DNA of 64,000 nucleotides, taken from the NCBI GenBank assembly GCA_018651925.1, contig JABIDC010000009.1, positions 80,403-144,402 of the forward strand, written 5' to 3'. The position numbers and the translations under genes are program-made. Positions within the stretch are counted from its first letter, which is position 1; each line of letters opens with the position of its first letter. The notes under the pieces were generated by a model that worked only from the letters and a program-made list of their open reading frames with translations, searched no databases and was not told the DNA's origin. The DNA is from an archaeon. GTDB taxonomy: Archaea > Nanobdellota > Nanobdellia > Pacearchaeales > GW2011-AR1. This document shows positions 52,834 to 61,186 of this stretch, piece by piece.

Positions 52834-54726
52834 ATGAAGATCAAAACATTCAATTTCATTATTGCAAGTATGTTTTTATTAGTTCTAGCTACAAGTTTTA
52901 CAAGTGCAGCATTGACTTTAACTGAAATAAATGTTCCAGTAAATTCAACTCACGGATCAACAATTAATGTTGAAGTTAGCTTATTATCTGATTCAAATTA
53001 TACTAATTTAACTTGGGATGGATCAAATGCTGCTTTTGATGTTTCTTCTCTTCCTTTAGAAATTACAGAAGATGAGACAATAAATTTCACCGTAGAATTA
53101 ACAGTATCAGAAGATGCGGGAATTTTTTCTGCAGATCTTAAGGTAAAGGATAGTATTTCCTCAGATGGAGACTTAATTACAATCTCAACAACTGTTTTAG
53201 AAAATAAAGAATTATCTGTGACAAGTGCAACTCTTTCAGGAGATTCAACAACAATTACAATTACCAATGAAGGAAATGTAAACTTAGAAAATATTGTTTT
53301 AACAAGTTCAATTGGAAATTTCGAAATTAACTTCTCAGAAAATAACTTTAATTTAGCTAAAGGGGCTACAAAAGAAGTTACAGTTACTCTGGTAAATGAA
53401 GATAGCGATTTAATCGGAACTAATACTTTAACAATTACTGCTACTGCTGAAGATGGAACAAGTTCAACAGGAATAATTACAAGAGGAGCAGGATTTTGTG
53501 AAGCAATTCCTTCATTAGAAGATTTGAGAATAAAAAGCATTGACATTTCAAACAGAGGAATGGAACATATTACTTTTGGAGAGGAAGAGAAATGGTATCC
53601 TTTCGAAGAAATTGAAGTTACAGTAGAATTAGAAAATAGGGGAAATAACGATATAGAAGATATTGAAATTGAATGGGGATTATATAATAAAGAATTAAAC
53701 GAGTGGGTTATTGAGATTGATGAAGCAGACAAAGTTGATTTAGATGAAGATGATGAACTTGAAGTAACATTTAGTTTCACATTAGATGAAGGAGATTTAG
53801 AAATTGATTTAGACGAATTAACTAACGGAAATGATTATGAACTTTATGTTCGGGCAATTGGAGAATTCTCCGAAGGAGATAATGAAGGAGAACAAACTTG
53901 CGTTGAAGATAAAGAATCTGCAGAAGTAGTTATTGAAGACGATTTACTTGCCTTAAATGAAATCACTTTCAATGAAGACATAACTTGTGATTCAAAATTA
54001 ACAATTAATACAGAAGTTTGGAACATTGGAGAAGATAAACAAAAGGACTTTTATATTAGGGTTTCAAATAACAAATTAGGGATTAGCGAAGAATTTGAAT
54101 TTGAAGATTTAAAGGCTTTTGATTCAGAAGATTTAATAATCAATTTAGAAATTCCTGGAAATCTTGATGAAGGAAAATATGATTTGAAATTTGAACTTTA
54201 TGATAAAAATGATGATCTTTACGAAGCAAACGATGAAGAAGCAGAATTTTATGTTAGATTAAATGTGGCAGGAAATTGCGAAGTTAAACCAACTTTGGAC
54301 ATTTCAGCAACATTACAAGAAGCAAGAGAAGGAAAAGAAGCAGAAATTATAGTTGAAGTAACAAACTTAGGAGATTCAACTCAAACTTTTGATTTAAGTT
54401 TAGCTTCATACAATTCATGGGTTGAAAGTTATGAACTTAGTACAGATTATTTGGTTCTCCGAGGAGGAGAAACAAAAGAGATTGTAATCACAGCATTAAT
54501 TAAAGATGATGTTGTTGGAACAAATGAATTTGAGCTTTTATTAACTTCAGATGATGGAATCGAAACTCAACCTATTGAAGTAGAAGTAGTAAAGAATTCA
54601 GGACTTTTCGGATTTACTGGACTTTCAATTGGAGGAAATGTCTACGCTTCAAGTTTAACTGTTTTAATTTTAATTTTAGTAATTATTATTTTAGTGTTAC
54701 TAATTGTTAGAAAATTAAGAAAATAG
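52834..54726 (+). CDS. Acidic secreted cell-surface protein with a C-terminal sorting-signal-like anchor (CARDB/Ig-like repeats probable)
   Basis: Signal peptide MKIKTFNFIIASMFLLVLATSFTSAA. Many N-x-S/T sequons. Repeated beta-rich segments (VTVTLVNEDSD, VTVELENRGNNDIED, VEVTNLGDSTQ). The C-terminus is GLFGFTGLSIGG, a TM helix LTVLILILVIIILVLLIV, then basic RKLRK. Confidence 0.7.
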   Translation: MKIKTFNFIIASMFLLVLATSFTSAALTLTEINVPVNSTHGSTINVEVSLLSDSNYTNLTWDGSNAAFDVSSLPLEITEDETINFTVELTVSEDAGIFSADLKVKDSISSDGDLITISTTVLENKELSVTSATLSGDSTTITITNEGNVNLENIVLTSSIGNFEINFSENNFNLAKGATKEVTVTLVNEDSDLIGTNTLTITATAEDGTSSTGIITRGAGFCEAIPSLEDLRIKSIDISNRGMEHITFGEEEKWYPFEEIEVTVELENRGNNDIEDIEIEWGLYNKELNEWVIEIDEADKVDLDEDDELEVTFSFTLDEGDLEIDLDELTNGNDYELYVRAIGEFSEGDNEGEQTCVEDKESAEVVIEDDLLALNEITFNEDITCDSKLTINTEVWNIGEDKQKDFYIRVSNNKLGISEEFEFEDLKAFDSEDLIINLEIPGNLDEGKYDLKFELYDKNDDLYEANDEEAEFYVRLNVAGNCEVKPTLDISATLQEAREGKEAEIIVEVTNLGDSTQTFDLSLASYNSWVESYELSTDYLVLRGGETKEIVITALIKDDVVGTNEFELLLTSDDGIETQPIEVEVVKNSGLFGFTGLSIGGNVYASSLTVLILILVIIILVLLIVRKLRK

Positions 54727-55305
54727 TTTTATTTCTTTAATAAATTTAGAGTTACTTATTTTTATTCCTAACTTCCCTAACGCATATCCTGCTGCCGCAC
54801 CAATTAATACATCGCTTACATAATGGACTCCAAGATAAATTCTTGATAAACAAATCAAGATTGCAAAAATTAACCAGGCAACTCTAAGTCTCGGAAATTT
54901 ATTAGAGATGATTGAAAAAGTTGCAAAGGCAAGCATTGCATGAACCGAGGGAAAGGAAAAATTCCAGATAAGGTGAGAGGATTCAACCAATTTTTCCGAA
55001 GCAATTGGAATTATTTTTTCTTGATATGGTCGAAGTCTTTGGACAAAGAATTTTAATAAAAATCCAAGAATCACTGTTGTACCAATTGAAAACCAGAGTG
55101 GAAATCTCAGTTTTTTAGAAAACAATGAAACAAGGACAAGAAAGAAAATTACCATGGTTGTAGAGCTGATAAATTCAATTCCTAAAAAGAAACTAGTTAA
55201 GAAACCAACTCTGAGGTTAACAAGCGATTTTATCAAAAACTCATCAAATAGAAGGGTTATTAGTCCAAGAACAAACAATATAATGGGAATCAACCACCTT
55301 TTCAT
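54715..55305 (-). CDS. PAP2-family lipid phosphatase (dolichyl/polyprenyl pyrophosphate phosphatase candidate)
   Basis: All three PAP2 motifs are present: KFFVQRLRP, FPSVHA and SRIYLGVHYVSDV. Confidence 0.85.
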   Translation of the reverse strand: MKRWLIPIILFVLGLITLLFDEFLIKSLVNLRVGFLTSFFLGIEFISSTTMVIFFLVLVSLFSKKLRFPLWFSIGTTVILGFLLKFFVQRLRPYQEKIIPIASEKLVESSHLIWNFSFPSVHAMLAFATFSIISNKFPRLRVAWLIFAILICLSRIYLGVHYVSDVLIGAAAGYALGKLGIKISNSKFIKEIKLFS

Positions 55306-55353
55306 GAGGATTAAAACCTTAAAATACTTAAATAGATTTCTACTTCTCTCTTT

Positions 55354-55887
55354 ATGAAAAAAGAGGGAAAAAAGCTATTGGGCCTTTCAATAAGATATTT
55401 CATTTTAATTTTATTAGCAATCCCGAATCTTTTTATTTTCTATTTTGTTTTTACTCCTTTGACTCTTTATCCAGTTTATTTTTTACTTAATTTATTTTTT
55501 GATACAATCTTGGTGAAGAATATAATTATTCTTTCTGGCACACTTCCCATAGAATTAATTCCTGCTTGCATCGCAGGGGCAGCATACTATTTATTATTAA
55601 TTTTAAATCTGTCAACTCCAGAAATAAAACTTAACAAAAGAATTAAAATGATTTCAATTTCCCTCATAACCCTTTTAATTTTAAATATATTAAGGATTTT
55701 TTTCTTGAGTATTGTGGCTTATTCTGGTTCTCCTCTTTTTGACATAACTCATAAAATCTTTTGGTATTTAGTAAGTACATTATTCGTAGTGGGAATTTGG
55801 TTCTGGCAAGTAAAGAAATTTAAGATAAAAGAAATCCCGATATTTTCTGATTTAAAGTTTTTATATTCGAAAACCAAAAAGAATTAA
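55354..55887 (+). CDS. Exosortase/archaeosortase-family protein (short, pacearchaeosortase-like)
   Basis: 177-aa polytopic protein with a membrane-embedded Cys (IELIPACIAGAAYY, Cys72), then Arg 41 residues later (LILNILRIFFLS, Arg113), then DITHKIFW. This layout fits the conserved Cys/Arg motifs of the family. It lies next to a protein with a matching C-terminal signal. Confidence 0.6.
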   Translation: MKKEGKKLLGLSIRYFILILLAIPNLFIFYFVFTPLTLYPVYFLLNLFFDTILVKNIIILSGTLPIELIPACIAGAAYYLLLILNLSTPEIKLNKRIKMISISLITLLILNILRIFFLSIVAYSGSPLFDITHKIFWYLVSTLFVVGIWFWQVKKFKIKEIPIFSDLKFLYSKTKKN

Positions 55888-56561
55888 TTATTTGTTTTAA
55901 GCAATCCTTCAACAATAAATCTTTCCTTTGCTTCAAAAATTTCACAATTATTGACATGAAATTCATAGCAACTTGGTCCAATTTCTAAAACTTTTGTTGT
56001 TTCTCCAGGAATTAGTTTAATGAAAGTATATTCTCCATCCGTCTCGCATCCGCCATCCGAAACGCCTACTAATTTTGTTCCCCAAGCTTCAAACATCTCT
56101 TCTAATAAAACTGTTGATATTTGATCATATCCTTCACAATGTAGCTCTGAGTTTGTTTCAATAAAAGCCATATTTTTTAATAAAATATTTCCTTCAAAAG
56201 GAATTTCTTTTTGTATTTCTCGAGGGTCATGACGCAAATAAATATTATGGGTGTTTGTTGGAGTTGATAAAAAAGAGGAATGATAAAAAGTTATTTCTCC
56301 TTCTGTATCTATCACATCCCACTCTAATCCCGCATAATTAAAATTAGAATTAAAGATTAAGGGGGAAAGCAAAAATCCAAGAATTAATAAAACAAAGACT
56401 CCAATTCCAATAAAGAAATTTCTTAAAATTTTGTTTTGATGTGCAATTTGACCTTTTGTTTTAATTTTTTCTTCAACAACACTTTCTTTCTCAATAATTT
56501 TATTTCCAACTTCAAAAATCTCTTTTGTTTTTGATTTTTTTGAATCTTTTTTCTTTGCCAT
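55884..56561 (-). CDS. Single-pass membrane protein with a Cys-containing ectodomain, hypothetical
   Basis: Lys-rich cytoplasmic N-terminus, TM FFIGIGVFVLLILGFLLSPLIF, and a ~150-aa ectodomain with 5 Cys. Confidence 0.5.
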   Translation of the reverse strand: MAKKKDSKKSKTKEIFEVGNKIIEKESVVEEKIKTKGQIAHQNKILRNFFIGIGVFVLLILGFLLSPLIFNSNFNYAGLEWDVIDTEGEITFYHSSFLSTPTNTHNIYLRHDPREIQKEIPFEGNILLKNMAFIETNSELHCEGYDQISTVLLEEMFEAWGTKLVGVSDGGCETDGEYTFIKLIPGETTKVLEIGPSCYEFHVNNCEIFEAKERFIVEGLLKTNN

Positions 56562-56599
56562 AGATTATTTTCGGGAAAAGACTTTTTAAAATATTTGTC

Positions 56600-57163
56600 T
56601 TAGTTTATTCCGAGGATTTTTAGGATAAATGAATCAATTAGCTTTGGAATTTCTTCTTGAGATCCTTGGATATAAACACATCCGTCGTTTTGAGAAACTC
56701 CACTTTTATTCGATTCAGTGATTATAATGAAATTTGAATCACAATTTTTTACAGGTAAGTCTCCTTCGCAAGGAGAATTTTCTACACATGCAAATTGCAT
56801 TCGAGTAACAAGTTGATTAAGGTTGGCATAAATTTGAGAGTTTGCAATTAAGTTTGTAGAAGACAAATAAAGTGGCTGTGAATAATAATTTTCAATTCTC
56901 CTTAAATCCTCTTCGATTAAAATTGTTTCTTTTGGATTAGTTCTAAAAATAAATTCTATCTCGTCTTTCTCTAATTGCCAGTATCCTCCATCATTCACAA
57001 ATTCTTCTCCATTATAGGTAATTTTTTTCCTTGTAGAGTCTTGTCCTTGGAAGGCATAACCAATTGTACTAAAGAGCATAACAAAAATTAAAATTCCTCC
57101 AACAAGCAATTGGTTTCGCTGTTTTTTCTTTTTCTCTTTGACCTTTGAACTAATTTTTCTCAT
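56600..57163 (-). CDS. Single-pass membrane protein with a Cys-containing ectodomain, hypothetical
   Basis: Lys-rich N-terminus, TM LLVGGILIFVMLFSTIGYAF, and a ~140-aa ectodomain with 4 Cys. Same architecture as its downstream neighbour. Confidence 0.5.
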   Translation of the reverse strand: MRKISSKVKEKKKKQRNQLLVGGILIFVMLFSTIGYAFQGQDSTRKKITYNGEEFVNDGGYWQLEKDEIEFIFRTNPKETILIEEDLRRIENYYSQPLYLSSTNLIANSQIYANLNQLVTRMQFACVENSPCEGDLPVKNCDSNFIIITESNKSGVSQNDGCVYIQGSQEEIPKLIDSFILKILGIN

Positions 57164-57234
57164 AGATTAAATTCAATTTTAGAGTATAAAAAGATTTCTT
57201 CTAGAGAGTTTATTTAAAGCTCTCGCCAGAAGTT

Positions 57235-57265
57235 AAAAAAATAAAAAAAATAAAAAAAATAAAAA
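57235..57265 (-). terminator. Multi-run oligo-T terminator downstream of the S-layer-like gene
   Basis: On the minus strand, 10 nt after the TAA stop: TTTTTATTTTTTTTATTTTTTTTATTTTTTT (T5, T8, T8, T7). Archaeal RNA polymerase terminates at oligo-T tracts. Confidence 0.6.
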
Positions 57266-57274
57266 GTTTTAGAT

Positions 57275-59413
57275 TTAAGCAGTTTTTGTAACTGTTGAAG
57301 TACCGCTAACACCAGTTGTTCCGAAGTAAGTATTTCCATCAGCAACTTCGATCATAGGATCTCTGTTAACATTTGATTTCAAGTAACTTACAGCAGCTTC
57401 AGTGTTTTCTTTCTCATAACCAGCAACAACTAATGCTGTTTTACCAGTTGTGAAAGCATCACCAACAACCTTAATTATGTATTGACCAGTACCAACGTTT
57501 GTAGCTCCAGTAAATGCAGCATCACAAGTTCCAGCAGAAACTCCTAAAGCTTCAGCAGTAGCTGTATTAATACAACTTCCACCTACAAGGATAACATTTT
57601 TGTTAGCCCATGAGCTTTTATCGCTATCTGTGAAAATCATGCTTCCTGAAGTAGTAGTATCAGTTGAGATACCTCCTAAAACAGAAACTTGTGCATAAAC
57701 TTTTTCATCAGGAATACTAATAATAACTTTGTCAGCATCAGCATTTCCTTCAACTCCACTAGAATCATCTTCAGCAACAATTATACCATAATCATTCATA
57801 ATAGATTTATCTTTTGTAGATACATCTGTTCCGCTAACAAGAATATCGTTAGCATCAGCATCTTCAGCAGTAGTTCCTAATTTCTCAAGAGTACCTGCTT
57901 CATCAGCTAATGTTGTTCCTCCGATTGTAAAGTTAATATCATCGTCATCTGGATCTTCCAAAGACAATGTCATAACTCCGCTTGCAACTGTAACATCAAT
58001 ATCCATTACAGTATCTCCAATTTCAACAGTAGCAACATTTGCTCTAGCCAAAGTTTGAGTGGCGGTAAGATTTGCGTTCATTTCATAACGAGCCTTGTTT
58101 GTTGGAGTATTATCTCCATCATGGTCTCTATAGAAAACTTCCACTGCACCATATGTATTTCCATATGATTCAGTTTCTGAACCATTCTCTGCATACCAAA
58201 GGTAAATCTTATCTGTTTCTTCACCTCCAACAGTAATTGAGGAAGTTGTAGATGCAGAAATTACAATAACTTTTTCATCTTCATTAGCAACTGCGTTGTC
58301 TGAAGAATTGTATAAATCAATATCTGCAAATTCTATAGTAATGTCTTCGTAGTCAACATCTGTAGTTCCTTCAAGTGTTGCAGCAGCAAAACCTTCTGGA
58401 AGAACATAACTTTCTCCAACATATTTAATAGAATCTCCTGCTTCACTATCGTCTGCATCATTAATGTTAACATTATATGTCACACCAACGTATCCAGCAG
58501 CAGTACATGCAGTTGAAATATCCCAAACCCATAATGGGTCATCTTCGTCTTCTCCAATGTATTCGTCTCCATCAGAATAAGTCTTTGAAATATCAGTTCC
58601 GATTTTTAAAATTGCTCTACTAGTTTCTGGAGTATCTGAGTGGTAGATAATACTATCAGCTTTTACCCTGATACCATCAATCTTTTTAGATTGACCATCA
58701 TCTATTACTTCTGCATTAACCATAATTCCATCACTCCATACATCATCTAATGTAAATGTTTTACCATCTACAGTATAACTTTCCCCCACACTAAGAAGGG
58801 TATCTTCAGATGTAACAACAGTAATAGTTGTAGCAGTCATATCTTCAATTTCGTAGGATTTCCCTAAGATTGTAAGATATAAATCATCTGCAGCAGTATG
58901 TCCGATTCCTGTACAATTAAGTGCATCATCGAAAACATATCTATATGAAAGTCCCATGTTATTAGACATAGCAACTCCTTCAAGATCTTCATCATCTAAA
59001 GAAGTAAGAATTTCCATATCTCCAATTACGATTGATTCATGGATGTCATAGTCTGTTGAACCAAGTCCATCATCCCATGAAAGTTTTTCATCTAAAAGTG
59101 TTGGGATATTAGCATCAGTCATAGTTGTTTCAACTTCATACCCTGAGGCATCAATTTGAGTTCCAAATACAACTTCCTCTTCAGTTTCACCTTCTCCTCC
59201 TACAGTTGTAGTTGAAGTAGTTCCACCATTAAATCCTAACCAAGATGCAATACTTTCAGCAGACATCTGATCTGAGTTGTCAGCTTGAGCACCGTATACT
59301 ACAGCATCAAAGGCGTTATCACTTGGAGAAAGTGCAACAGCATTTCCCATAGTCATACCAACCATTAAAGCTCCAGCAGCAATAGCAGTAATTTTTTTAA
59401 AATTATTTTTCAT
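57275..59413 (-). CDS. Major secreted surface protein, S-layer candidate
   Basis: 712 aa with signal peptide MKNNFKKITAIAAGALMVGMTMGNAVALS. Thr/Ser/Asp/Gly/Val-rich and Lys-poor, with no TM anchor. It has a strong SD, a long leader and a strong terminator. By eye the codon composition is less AT-rich than the neighbours. Confidence 0.6.
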   Translation of the reverse strand: MKNNFKKITAIAAGALMVGMTMGNAVALSPSDNAFDAVVYGAQADNSDQMSAESIASWLGFNGGTTSTTTVGGEGETEEEVVFGTQIDASGYEVETTMTDANIPTLLDEKLSWDDGLGSTDYDIHESIVIGDMEILTSLDDEDLEGVAMSNNMGLSYRYVFDDALNCTGIGHTAADDLYLTILGKSYEIEDMTATTITVVTSEDTLLSVGESYTVDGKTFTLDDVWSDGIMVNAEVIDDGQSKKIDGIRVKADSIIYHSDTPETSRAILKIGTDISKTYSDGDEYIGEDEDDPLWVWDISTACTAAGYVGVTYNVNINDADDSEAGDSIKYVGESYVLPEGFAAATLEGTTDVDYEDITIEFADIDLYNSSDNAVANEDEKVIVISASTTSSITVGGEETDKIYLWYAENGSETESYGNTYGAVEVFYRDHDGDNTPTNKARYEMNANLTATQTLARANVATVEIGDTVMDIDVTVASGVMTLSLEDPDDDDINFTIGGTTLADEAGTLEKLGTTAEDADANDILVSGTDVSTKDKSIMNDYGIIVAEDDSSGVEGNADADKVIISIPDEKVYAQVSVLGGISTDTTTSGSMIFTDSDKSSWANKNVILVGGSCINTATAEALGVSAGTCDAAFTGATNVGTGQYIIKVVGDAFTTGKTALVVAGYEKENTEAAVSYLKSNVNRDPMIEVADGNTYFGTTGVSGTSTVTKTA

Positions 59414-59544
59414 TTTTATTTATTAAACCTCCTTTCAACTATATTAAGCATGTTGTCTATGACAACTCCCATACAATTTGCAGTCATAGGGTAAACTACG
59501 CATTGCATTGAGTGTGATTTGTTTTTGTTTCTCATTTTATTCCC

Positions 59545-59553
59545 TATATAAAA
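59545..59553 (-). promoter_or_regulatory. TATA box (TTTTATATA) of the S-layer-like gene, implying a ~100-110 nt 5-prime UTR
   Basis: The minus strand reads GTTTTATATAGGG about 135 nt upstream of ATG 59413. GGAGGT (59432-59427) lies 13 nt before the ATG. A GTTGTC-ATA-GACAAC hairpin (59452-59466) sits inside the leader. Confidence 0.5.
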
Positions 59554-59845
59554 CGTCGCAAAAGGAAATTACTTTCACTTAAGCTTAATTGAAAAAGCTA
59601 CTTTTACTTTAAAAAGCTTGTGTTCCCAAAAACCCCTTCTCAAGGGAAAACAGGTCATTTTGAAGGTTTTACTTATAAAGGTTATGCTGTCACTAAGATA
59701 TAAATACAGATAAAAAACTTCAATTATTTGCCTTTTTACAAACATTTATTAACATATCTATTCTAATTATAATATATATTAAGAAATAACCTATATGATC
59801 AAAGTATATTTTTAATATATCTAAACAAAAATAATCCCTATCAAA

Positions 59846-60193
59846 ATGCCAAAGAAAAAAGTAAGAGAAATTACAATTGAGGAGTCAAAAGGATCTTTTT
59901 CTATTTTTAAAAAATCTAAATCTTCAAAATATAATTTTACGGGCATGGCTGCATTAAGACAATTATTAAGCAATGAAAAAGCAAGAATTCTCCACACAAT
60001 AAAAACAGAGAATCCTACTTCGATTTACGATTTGGCAAAAAAATTAGACAGGGGATTTAAATCTGTGAGTGATGATCTTAAACTTTTAGAAAGATTTGGT
60101 TTTATTGAGTTAATTCAAGAGAAAACAAAGAATAGGATAAGACATAAACCAACAATTGTAGTAGATTCTATAACAATTAATATTAAACTTTAG
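59846..60193 (+). CDS. Small winged-helix DNA-binding protein
   Basis: 115 aa. LSNEKARILHTIKTENPTSIYDLAKKLDRGFKSVSDDLKLLERFGFIEL is a clear HTH plus wing. An AT-rich TATA-like TTTTTAATATAT lies about 28 nt upstream. Confidence 0.6.
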   Translation: MPKKKVREITIEESKGSFSIFKKSKSSKYNFTGMAALRQLLSNEKARILHTIKTENPTSIYDLAKKLDRGFKSVSDDLKLLERFGFIELIQEKTKNRIRHKPTIVVDSITINIKL

Positions 60194-60687
60194 TAGTAGG
60201 CTTCAAAAAATAGTTTGATTTGATTGCCACTTTTAACAAAGCTTTGACTAGAAGCCTTTCGATTGTTTGTTTGATTCCCCTGAAAGATGCTTTCCAATTC
60301 TCTTCCTTCAACAGTAATATTCAAGACATATCCTTTAATTGGCCTTTCTTCTCCATATGGCCAAGCCGCAGAAGAAATATCCCCTAAAGTTGATTCTAAT
60401 ATTTCACAAGGGTCTTCTCCATTTTGACAGGCCTCTTCTTGTTCACAAGAAAAAATTACTTGTTTAATTGTCAAATGGTCCAGATAATCTTCACACTCTG
60501 TGGTGTATTGTAAAACTGCTTCCAAATAACTTTCAACTTCATAGCTTTCAACAACCTCTTTATTTGTATTTCTCATAGAAAATCCTAGGAAGATTAAAAT
60601 TATAACTGCGACTAAAATAATTATGGCTGCAAACCCGACCATTTCTTCCTGCGCTCTTCTATTTTTAATTTGCATTTGCCACCTCAT
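60190..60687 (-). CDS. Class III signal peptide (prepilin-like) protein 4, hypothetical
   Basis: N-terminus M(RWQM)QIKNRRAQ then EEMVGFAAIIILVAVIILIFLGF. The mature part has 4 Cys. The alternative ATG at 60675 is equally possible. Confidence 0.6.
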   Translation of the reverse strand: MRWQMQIKNRRAQEEMVGFAAIIILVAVIILIFLGFSMRNTNKEVVESYEVESYLEAVLQYTTECEDYLDHLTIKQVIFSCEQEEACQNGEDPCEILESTLGDISSAAWPYGEERPIKGYVLNITVEGRELESIFQGNQTNNRKASSQSFVKSGNQIKLFFEAYY

Positions 60688-61186
60688 AACTAATCATTAA
60701 TTTTGCAAGCTCACATTTATCATAAAAAGTATCTTCAAATTTTTCTTTATGGCACAAAGAAACAAAATTTGATGAATCAAATCCCGCGATTTCTTTATCT
60801 ATCAAACGAATAATTTCACAATTAGGATAATTTCCTTGTGTGCAAAGAGTACTTCTCCCTGAAGAAGAGAGTTTTCTAATTTCAATATTTGAAACCCCCC
60901 AAAAATTCTCATATTCCTCAATATTCATTTTAAGAGCCATAACTTTATCAAAATCTACGCAGGCAAGTTTATTGTTCCCAAAGGAGTCTCCGCAAGCAAA
61001 TTCAGGAGAATTAGAAAGTTTTGATACTAAAAGCATGGCATTTCTTTCATTTAATTCCGTTGCAGCATCAGTTACTCCGGAAAAAGTAAATATTAAGACC
61101 ACCATCCCTACTAAAACAAAAAAGATTGTTAATGCAATTAGCATGAACGCCATTTGTTGTATTTTTACTTGTCCTTTTTTTACCAT
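60665..61186 (-). CDS. Class III signal peptide (prepilin-like) protein 3, hypothetical
   Basis: The track start at 61195 is TTG. ATG 61186 gives MVKKGQ then VKIQQMAFMLIALTIFFVLVGMVVLIF. The mature part has 6 Cys. Confidence 0.6.
   Translation of the reverse strand: MVKKGQVKIQQMAFMLIALTIFFVLVGMVVLIFTFSGVTDAATELNERNAMLLVSKLSNSPEFACGDSFGNNKLACVDFDKVMALKMNIEEYENFWGVSNIEIRKLSSSGRSTLCTQGNYPNCEIIRLIDKEIAGFDSSNFVSLCHKEKFEDTFYDKCELAKLMISYEVANAN

Noticed and set aside
52998-53780. A 260-aa ORF antisense to the 630-aa surface protein gene
   Set aside because: Its translation is low-complexity Ser/Ile/Val-rich (SSSSSSKSTLSASSIS...). This is the mirror image of the GAA/GAT-rich acidic coding strand. 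It has no start context and lies fully inside a much better supported gene.
57235-57265. A periodic A8-T spacing that looked like a short tandem repeat or mini-array
   Set aside because: It is only 31 nt, has no spacers, and lies exactly downstream of a stop codon. On the coding strand it is a series of oligo-T tracts, so it is an archaeal terminator rather than a CRISPR array or satellite.
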